64,000 nt of DNA from Ilumatobacteraceae bacterium (GTDB lineage: Bacteria; Actinomycetota; Acidimicrobiia; Acidimicrobiales; Ilumatobacteraceae), in NCBI GenBank assembly GCA_963776935.1, contig CAVZOP010000007.1, forward strand, positions 8,788-72,787, read 5' to 3'. Of the stretch, positions 58,270-64,000 are shown piece by piece. Each line of letters starts with the position of its first letter. Position 1 is the first letter of the stretch. A model generated the notes under the pieces. It ran no database searches, was not told the DNA's origin, and worked only from the letters and a program-made list of their open reading frames with translations. The translations under genes and the position numbers were made by a program.

Positions 58270-58989
58270 ATGAACCTGCGCGATCGGTTCTTCACACCGC
58301 GGACGGCGAAGGCGATCCTGTCGTGGCGGATCCTGCTCGGCATCGGCGTCGCCATCGCCCTGGCCTTCACACCGATCGGAGTCCCGGCGGCGATCGGCAT
58401 CGGCGTGCTCGTCTACGCCGGCTCGGTCGCGGCGGCAATGCCACGCGGACCGGCGGTCCCACGAATCGATCCGTTCACGTTGAGCGAGCCATGGCGACAG
58501 ATGGTGCAAGGTGCACAGCGCGCCGCCAAGCAGCTGCACGAGACGGTGCGTGGTACGCCGAGCGGTCCGCTGCGCGACCGCATGGAGGGGATCGTCGGAA
58601 GGCTCGACCAAGCCCTCGCCGAGAGCTGGGAGATCGCCCGCCGCGGCGACTCGATCGACGGCACCGTCGCCCGCCTCGACCCGACTGCGCTGCGTTCGAA
58701 GCTGGCCACGTTGCGAGCCAAGTTCGACGCCGGCCCGACGGACGACCTGGCGGCGGCCATCACGTCGGTCGAGGGCCAGCTCGCCTCGGCCGATCGCCTG
58801 AAGGAGCTGTCGGCGCAGACCGCCGGCCGGCTGCGCCTCACCCAGACCCGCCTCGACGAGCTCGTGGCACGCACCGCCGAGGTCAGCATCGGCGCCGGCG
58901 ATACCGACGCCTACGCCAACGACGTCGACGACCTCATCATCGAGATCGAGGCGATGCGGTTGGCGGTCGAGGACACGCGAAGCGCATGA
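58270..58989 (+). CDS. Hypothetical membrane protein with long coiled-coil C-terminal region (paralogue A)
   Basis: 239 aa with an N-terminal DRFFTP motif and two TM helices, then ..DPFTLSEPWRQMVQGAQ..ESWEIARRGDSIDG..RLRLTQTRLDELVARTAEVSIGAGDTD... It aligns along its full length with the 61781-62566 product. Confidence 0.65.
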   Translation: MNLRDRFFTPRTAKAILSWRILLGIGVAIALAFTPIGVPAAIGIGVLVYAGSVAAAMPRGPAVPRIDPFTLSEPWRQMVQGAQRAAKQLHETVRGTPSGPLRDRMEGIVGRLDQALAESWEIARRGDSIDGTVARLDPTALRSKLATLRAKFDAGPTDDLAAAITSVEGQLASADRLKELSAQTAGRLRLTQTRLDELVARTAEVSIGAGDTDAYANDVDDLIIEIEAMRLAVEDTRSA

Positions 58990-59939
58990 TCCTCAAACGC
59001 CTGGGAGCGATCGCCCTCACCGTGGTCCTGATCGGTGGAGCGTGGCTGATCCGCGATCGAGTGATCGAGGACAACGACAACTCCGGCAACGACGACCAGC
59101 CGCAAGCCGACCGCGAGATCGTGTGCGTCGAGGACCTTCGCGAGGCGTGCGACGCGCTCGCCGACAGCTCGACCTGGACATTCGGATCGAGGACGCGGCG
59201 AGCGACGCTCGACGCACTGGCCGCGCTCGAAGACCCCTCCGAGGCGCCGATCTGGATCACGATGGAGCCGTTCCCGGCGATGGTCGACGACCTGCGCGCG
59301 GCTGCGCGCGCGCGACCCGTTGCAGACCGAGCAGACGGCGGTTGCCTCGTCGCCGATCGCGCTCGTCGTGCTCGCCGATCGGGCCGCCGCCTTGACAACG
59401 GCGTGCGGCGACCCGCTGGACTGGCAATGTGTCGGTGAGGCCGCCGGCAACCCCTGGGCGGAGATCGGCGGCGATGAGGACTGGCGAGACGTCCGACCCG
59501 CGTTCTCCCCGATCGACAGCGCGATCGGACTGCTCGGGGTTGCCGACGCGGTGTCGGGCTACTTCGGGACGAGTCCGATTCAGGTCGACGATCCCGGCTT
59601 CGTCTCGTGGGCGAGGCGGTTGGCGCGCGCGGTCCCGGCGACCGCGCTGTCCGGCGGCAGCGCGATCACCACGATCCAGACGCGTCCGAGTCGCACTCGA
59701 CATCGCCGTCGGCGCCGTCGCCGAGATGTCCGATACGAGCGTTGTGCCGGTCACCCCCCAATACGCTGACCCGATGATCCGTGCAGATGTCGTCGTGGCG
59801 GTCCCCGCAGGAGCCTCTGCGCCGAGCGGTCTCATCGACGGAACTGGAGCGCTTGCTGGTGACCGAGGGCAGATGGGATCGCCTCATCGACCGATCCGAA
59901 CCCGCTCCCGAGCGCACGAGACATGCTCGCCATTCGTGA
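58986..59939 (+). pseudogene. Membrane-anchored solute-binding-protein-like protein (about three frame breaks as sequenced)
   Basis: The ATGA overlaps the upstream gene. MILKRLGAIALTVVLIGGAWLI is a TM anchor. The body is spread over three frames (..APIWITMEPFPAMVDDL.. / ..SSPIALVVLADRAAALTTACGDPLDWQCVGE..SAIGLLGVADAVSGYFG.. / ..VVPVTPQYADPMIRADVVVAV.. / ..ELERLLVTEGRWD..*). It resembles the N-terminal half of the downstream SBP-VWA protein. Confidence 0.45.
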
Positions 59940-59942
59940 GGC

Positions 59943-61763
59943 ATGGAAGGATTTCTCATGACGCGACGTCGCTGGTTCGCGGCTGCCATCGTCGCCGGCA
60001 TCGCGGTCACGGCGTGTGCCGGCTCCGACGATGACTCCGCCGATTCCGGCGACCTGTCCGGTGCCGATCCCGGCGATTGCATCACCGTCGACATGGCGGT
60101 CAGCAGCGAGAAGATCGCGCTGTTGACCGAGCTGGCCGAGGAGTTCAACGACAGCGAGGACGCCGAGATCGACGAGGGATGCGTGTTCGTTCGTCCCTAC
60201 AGCAAGGCTTCTGGCGGAGCGGCGCAGCTCATCGTCGACGGCTGGCCGAACCCGGAGGCCAACGGCACCCGGCCCGTGATCTGGTCGCCCGCCGCGTCCG
60301 GGTGGGCGGGCATCGTCAACGAACAGGCCGGCGCCGAGCTTGCCCCGGCCGGCACGCCGTTCATGCTCACCCCGCTCGTCATCGCCATGCCCCAACCGAT
60401 GGCCGAGGCCCTTGGGTGGCCCGACACGCCGATCGGCTTCGCCGACATCGTCGAGCTGGCCAACGACCCCGAAGGCTGGGCATCGCTCGGCCACCCGGAA
60501 TGGGGTCCGTTCCGACTCGGCAAGACCAACCCGAACTTCTCCACCAGCGGTCTCAACTTCACCATCGCCGAGTACTACGCGGCCACCGGCAAGTCCCGCG
60601 GCCTCACGACCGAGGATCTCAATCGACCGGAGGTGATCGAGTTCGCCGAGAACGTCGAATCGGCCGTCGTGCACTACGGCGACATCACGATGACGTTCCT
60701 CAACAACTGGTTCGCCACCGACGTCCGCGGCACATCGCTCACGTATGCGTCGGCGGTGGCGGTGGAGGAGAAGAGTGTCATCGACTACAACCTCGGCAAC
60801 CCCGACGGTGTCCTGGCGGCCGGTGAGACACCTCGCGAACCACGCGTGCCGCTCGTCGCGATCTACCCGAGCGAGGGCACACTCTTCTCCGACAATCCGT
60901 TCATCATCCTCGACACCGAGTGGGTCACGCCCGAGCAGAAGATCGCGGCCGCCGCGTTCGAGGAGTACGTGCAGCGGCCGGAGAACCAGGCGAAGGTGCT
61001 CGAGTTCGGGTTCCGGCCGAACAACCCGAGCGTCCCACTCGCCGATCCGGTGAGCGCCGCGAATGGCGTCGACCCGAACCAGCCCACCGCCGAGCTCGAA
61101 GTGCCGTCGCCGGAGGTGCTCGTGCGGATCCTCGATGCGTGGGCCGAGCAGCGCAAGGAGGCGCGTGTCCTGCTCGTGCTCGACATCTCGGGTTCGATGG
61201 GCGAGCCGGCCACCGACAACGAGACCAAGCTCGACCTCGCCAAGCAGGCGGCGGTCACCGCGCTCGACCAGTTCAAGGACGCCGACGAGGTCGGGCTGTG
61301 GGTGTTCAGCACCGACCTGGGTGGAGACGACCCGAACTACCGCGAGGCCGTGCCGGTGGCGCCGATCGGCGAGAACGGCAGCCAACTGGAGCAGCAGATC
61401 CTCGCCCAGTTCCCCACCAACGGCACCCCGCTGTACGACGTCACATCGAAGTCGTACACGGCAATGCTCGAGACCTACGACCCAGAGAAGATCAACGCGA
61501 TCGTGTTGCTCACCGACGGCGTCAACGATGACGGCAACCTCGGCGACGACGACGAGGAGTTCGACGCACTCATCGCCCAGCTGCAATCGGGCAGCGAAGG
61601 CGCGAGCTCGCGACCGGTGCGCGTGTTCACGATCTCCTACGGCGACGGCGCCGACGTGGTGACGCTGCGGGCCATCGCCCAGGCGACGTCGGCCGCCCAC
61701 TACGACGCCTCGAACCCCGCCACCATCGAACAGGTGTTCACCGGCGTCATCTCCAACTTCTAA
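59943..61763 (+). CDS. Substrate-binding-domain plus VWA-domain lipoprotein
   Basis: The signal is ..MTRRRWFAAAIVAGIAVTACAGS (lipobox VTAC). A periplasmic-binding-protein-like N-terminal half is followed by a C-terminal VWA domain with the MIDAS motif ..LLVLDISGSMG.. and ..VLLTDGVNDD... Confidence 0.8.
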   Translation: MEGFLMTRRRWFAAAIVAGIAVTACAGSDDDSADSGDLSGADPGDCITVDMAVSSEKIALLTELAEEFNDSEDAEIDEGCVFVRPYSKASGGAAQLIVDGWPNPEANGTRPVIWSPAASGWAGIVNEQAGAELAPAGTPFMLTPLVIAMPQPMAEALGWPDTPIGFADIVELANDPEGWASLGHPEWGPFRLGKTNPNFSTSGLNFTIAEYYAATGKSRGLTTEDLNRPEVIEFAENVESAVVHYGDITMTFLNNWFATDVRGTSLTYASAVAVEEKSVIDYNLGNPDGVLAAGETPREPRVPLVAIYPSEGTLFSDNPFIILDTEWVTPEQKIAAAAFEEYVQRPENQAKVLEFGFRPNNPSVPLADPVSAANGVDPNQPTAELEVPSPEVLVRILDAWAEQRKEARVLLVLDISGSMGEPATDNETKLDLAKQAAVTALDQFKDADEVGLWVFSTDLGGDDPNYREAVPVAPIGENGSQLEQQILAQFPTNGTPLYDVTSKSYTAMLETYDPEKINAIVLLTDGVNDDGNLGDDDEEFDALIAQLQSGSEGASSRPVRVFTISYGDGADVVTLRAIAQATSAAHYDASNPATIEQVFTGVISNF

Positions 61764-61780
61764 GAGCGTCACCCGCAACC

Positions 61781-62566
61781 ATGGCCCGATCCAGCTTCCG
61801 CGATCGCTTCCTCACCCCGCCGGTCGCCCGCGCCATCATGTCGCCGCTCGGCATCGTGCTGTTCGGCGCCGCCGCGGCGGGGGCGATCTTGATCGGCGCA
61901 CCGATCGTGGCGGCGGCCGGGATCGGTGCGGTCGCATGGGGTGGGCGTGTGCTGGCGGCCGTGCCACGCGATCCGAGTCGTGGCGATCGGATCGAGCCAT
62001 CCACGCTCAATGATCCGTGGAAGTCGTACGTGATCGGCGCCCAGCAGTCGAAGGAACGTTTCGACCGAATGGTCCACGACATGGCCAGTGGGCCTCTGAA
62101 GGAGCGGCTCGCCGATCTCGCCGCTCGGCTCGACGACGGTGTGGCCGAGTCGTGGCGGATCGCGCGCCGCGGCAACGACATCTCCGGGGCGCTCGCCCGA
62201 CTCGACACGGTGAGTGCCCGGGCCGAGTTGGCGGAACTGCAGGCGACGACCGGCAACGCGATGCCGCAGCGTTCGACGGCGAAGACGATCGAGGCACTCG
62301 AGGCGCAGATCGCGTCGGCCGAACGGCTGCAGGCGACGTCCGACGACGCCCAGTCGCGGTTGCGGTTGCTCGACGCCCGGTTCGACGAGCTCGTCGCGCG
62401 TGGCGTCGAGGTGAGCATCGGCTCTGGCGACACCGACGTGTTCGGCAACGAGGTCGACGGGCTCGTCAGCGATCTCGAATCGCTTCGCGCCGCACTCGAG
62501 GAGACGAACGCGGCCGATGAGGCACCCGGCAGCGAGGGCCTGCCGAGCACGTGGCCGCCTACGTGA
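61781..62566 (+). CDS. Hypothetical membrane protein with long coiled-coil C-terminal region (paralogue B)
   Basis: 261 aa: ..FRDRFLTPPVARAIMS.., two TM helices, then ..EPSTLNDPWKSYVIGAQ..ESWRIARRGNDISG..RLRLLDARFDELVARGVEVSIGSGDTD.., matching paralogue A motif for motif. Confidence 0.65.
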   Translation: MARSSFRDRFLTPPVARAIMSPLGIVLFGAAAAGAILIGAPIVAAAGIGAVAWGGRVLAAVPRDPSRGDRIEPSTLNDPWKSYVIGAQQSKERFDRMVHDMASGPLKERLADLAARLDDGVAESWRIARRGNDISGALARLDTVSARAELAELQATTGNAMPQRSTAKTIEALEAQIASAERLQATSDDAQSRLRLLDARFDELVARGVEVSIGSGDTDVFGNEVDGLVSDLESLRAALEETNAADEAPGSEGLPSTWPPT

Positions 62567-62591
62567 GCGGGCCGACCTGAGCGGGCGCGGT

Positions 62592-64000
62592 GTGAGCGAC
62601 CTGTTCAAGTCGAACGTCACCGTCGCGGTCGGAACCGCGCTCTCGCGGATCACCGGCTTGCTGCGCGTCGTCGTGTTCGGCGCGGTCATCGGGCGGACCG
62701 CGCCTCGCCGACACCTACAAGCTGGCCAACGAGACGCCCAACATCGTCTACGAACTGCTGCTCGGCGGCGTGTTGTCGGCGACGCTGGTGCCGCTGTTCT
62801 CGGCGTTCGTCGAGAACGACGACGACGACGCGACCAATGTCGTGATCACCGTTGCGACGACGCTGATGGCCGCTTTGACGTTCGTCGCGGTGATCGCCGC
62901 ACCGCTGATCTTCCGGCTGTACACGCTGTCGCCGGCGGATGGTGTCGACGCCGACGTCCTCCACGACGTGGGCACCACACTCACGCGGATCTTCCTGATC
63001 CAGATCCTCTTCTACGGCCTGGCCGGGCTCGCCAACGCGTTCTTGAACAGCCGGCGCCGGTTCTTCGCCGCCGCGTGGAGCCCGATCCTGCCCAACTTGA
63101 TCATCGCCGTCACCCTGCTGTCGTTGCCGTCACCGGAGGGGGGTGGCTGGCAGCTCGACGACGTGCTCACCGACGACCGCTTGCGCTGGACGCTCGGCCT
63201 GGGAGCCACCGCCGGCATCGCCACGATGGCGCTGGCGCTGATCCCGGCCGTGCTGCGGACCGGCTTCCACGTCCGACCGGTCTGGAACTGGCGCCACCCG
63301 GCGGTGCGGAGACTGCTCACGATGTCGGCGTGGACGCTCGGCTACGTCGCCGCCAACCAAGTTGCGCTGATCGTCGTGCGCAACCTCGCCGATCCCGGGT
63401 CGGGCGACGCCGCCGCCTACTTCGACGCGTTCATCTTCTTCGTGCTCCCGCACGGCTTGCTCGCGGTCTCGATCGCGACGACGTTCCAGCCGGAGATGGC
63501 GCGGGCCGTCGCCCGCCACGACCGCGCATCGTTCATCAGCCACACGTCGCTTGGCATTCGGCTGATCGCGTTGTTCACGATTCCCGCCGGCATCGGCATG
63601 TTCGTGCTCCGCCGACCGATCGTCGGCGCGCTCCTCCAACACGGCGAGTACGGCGCCGACGACGCGCTCGCCACATCGCGGGCGCTCGGTGGCTTTGCGC
63701 TCGGCTTGGTCGGGTTCTCGCTGTACCTGTTCGTCCTGCGCGGCTTCTACGCCCACCAGGACACCCGCACGCCGTTCGTCGTCAACGTCGTCCAAAACAC
63801 GATCAACGTCGTCCTCGCGATCATCCTCGTCGACCGCTACGGCGTCCTCGGCCTCGGGCTGGCCCTGGGCGTCGCGTACATCCTGGCGGCGGTCTGGGCC
63901 TTGCAGATCATCGGCTACAAGGTGCCCGGGTTCCCGGTGCGCGACGTCCTGCGGAGCCTGTGGCCGATGCTGCTCGCCGCGGTCGTGATGGGTGAGGTCG
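62592..64000 (+). pseudogene. murJ: Lipid II flippase MurJ (MviN), 3' end outside window; frame break at ~62695 as sequenced
   Basis: GTG 62592 gives VSDLFKSNVTVAVGTALSRITGLLRVVVFGAVIGRTA. After a 1-nt shift it continues LADTYKLANETPNIVYELLLGGVLSATLVPLF.. and stays open to the window end. That frame is not in the ORF track because it has no stop. Confidence 0.8.

Noticed and set aside
59832-61778. 648-aa minus-strand ORF opposite the SBP-VWA gene; similar cases at 15359-17223 (+), 28734-30932 (+), 51078-53216 (+) and 54345-55910 (+)
   Set aside because: In each case the opposite strand encodes a protein with a signal peptide or catalytic motifs. The long ORF itself has Arg/His/Asp-rich composition and no motifs.

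Overview
High-GC (about 70% G+C; 43/60 in line 33241-33300) Actinomycetota-type chromosomal window. There is no rRNA and no CRISPR array. Contents by region:
(i) 1-4.66 kb: a galactoside-utilisation locus with a GH42 beta-galactosidase tail, a sugar ABC binding protein, two permeases and a second GH42 gene. The second GH42 gene is cut off by the C-terminal remnant of an ISAzo13-family transposase (4667-5197).
(ii) 5.2-15.1 kb: a ~9.8 kb lower-GC island bounded by a ~160-bp imperfect direct repeat. The inner 48 nt of the repeat are an exact copy of the 3' half of the adjacent tRNA-Gly(GCC) (15062-15136, minus strand). The cargo is conflict/defence-flavoured: a PIN-domain protein, a DUF1883 protein, two tiny Arg/Thr-rich or repeat ORFs, a regulator with a sigma-70 region-4 HTH, HTH fragments, a three-repeat protein and a metzincin-like lipoprotein. 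It also carries adjacent SIR2-like and TIR-domain genes, which may be a single SIR2-linker-TIR polypeptide. No recombinase is detectable.
(iii) 15.1-32.9 kb: ordinary genes. These are an EamA transporter, an acidic repeat membrane protein, an Fpg/Nei glycosylase, metX with a SAM-riboswitch-like leader, a PEP-mutase/ICL-family protein, saccharopine dehydrogenase, a PdxA-like protein plus a four-carbon acid-sugar kinase, a hydrolase, DUF4262, SURF1, an MBL-fold hydrolase, WS/DGAT, an OYE/FadH-like reductase, a GMC oxidoreductase and a histidine phosphatase.
(iv) 32.9-47.0 kb: a purine block with three unusual architectures. PurL carries two N-terminal PurS-like modules while PurQ stays separate. 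PurD and PurM form one ORF. PurN reads through into GuaB with no stop codon.
(v) 47-54.3 kb: a thioesterase, a SnoaL-like protein, an MMPL transporter and a large SARP/AfsR-type (BTAD + NB-ARC + TPR) regulator.
(vi) 54.4-62.6 kb: an AAA+/VWA cluster with a CoxE-like VWA protein, a CoxD/MoxR-like ATPase, a CbbX/SpoVK-type ATPase, two paralogous coiled-coil membrane proteins, an SBP-like protein and an SBP-VWA lipoprotein. murJ follows and runs off the window.
Roughly two dozen single-nucleotide frame breaks interrupt otherwise recognisable genes, and they are unevenly distributed. At least two sit in T5 homopolymers, so sequencing indels and genuine gene decay cannot be separated from this sequence alone.
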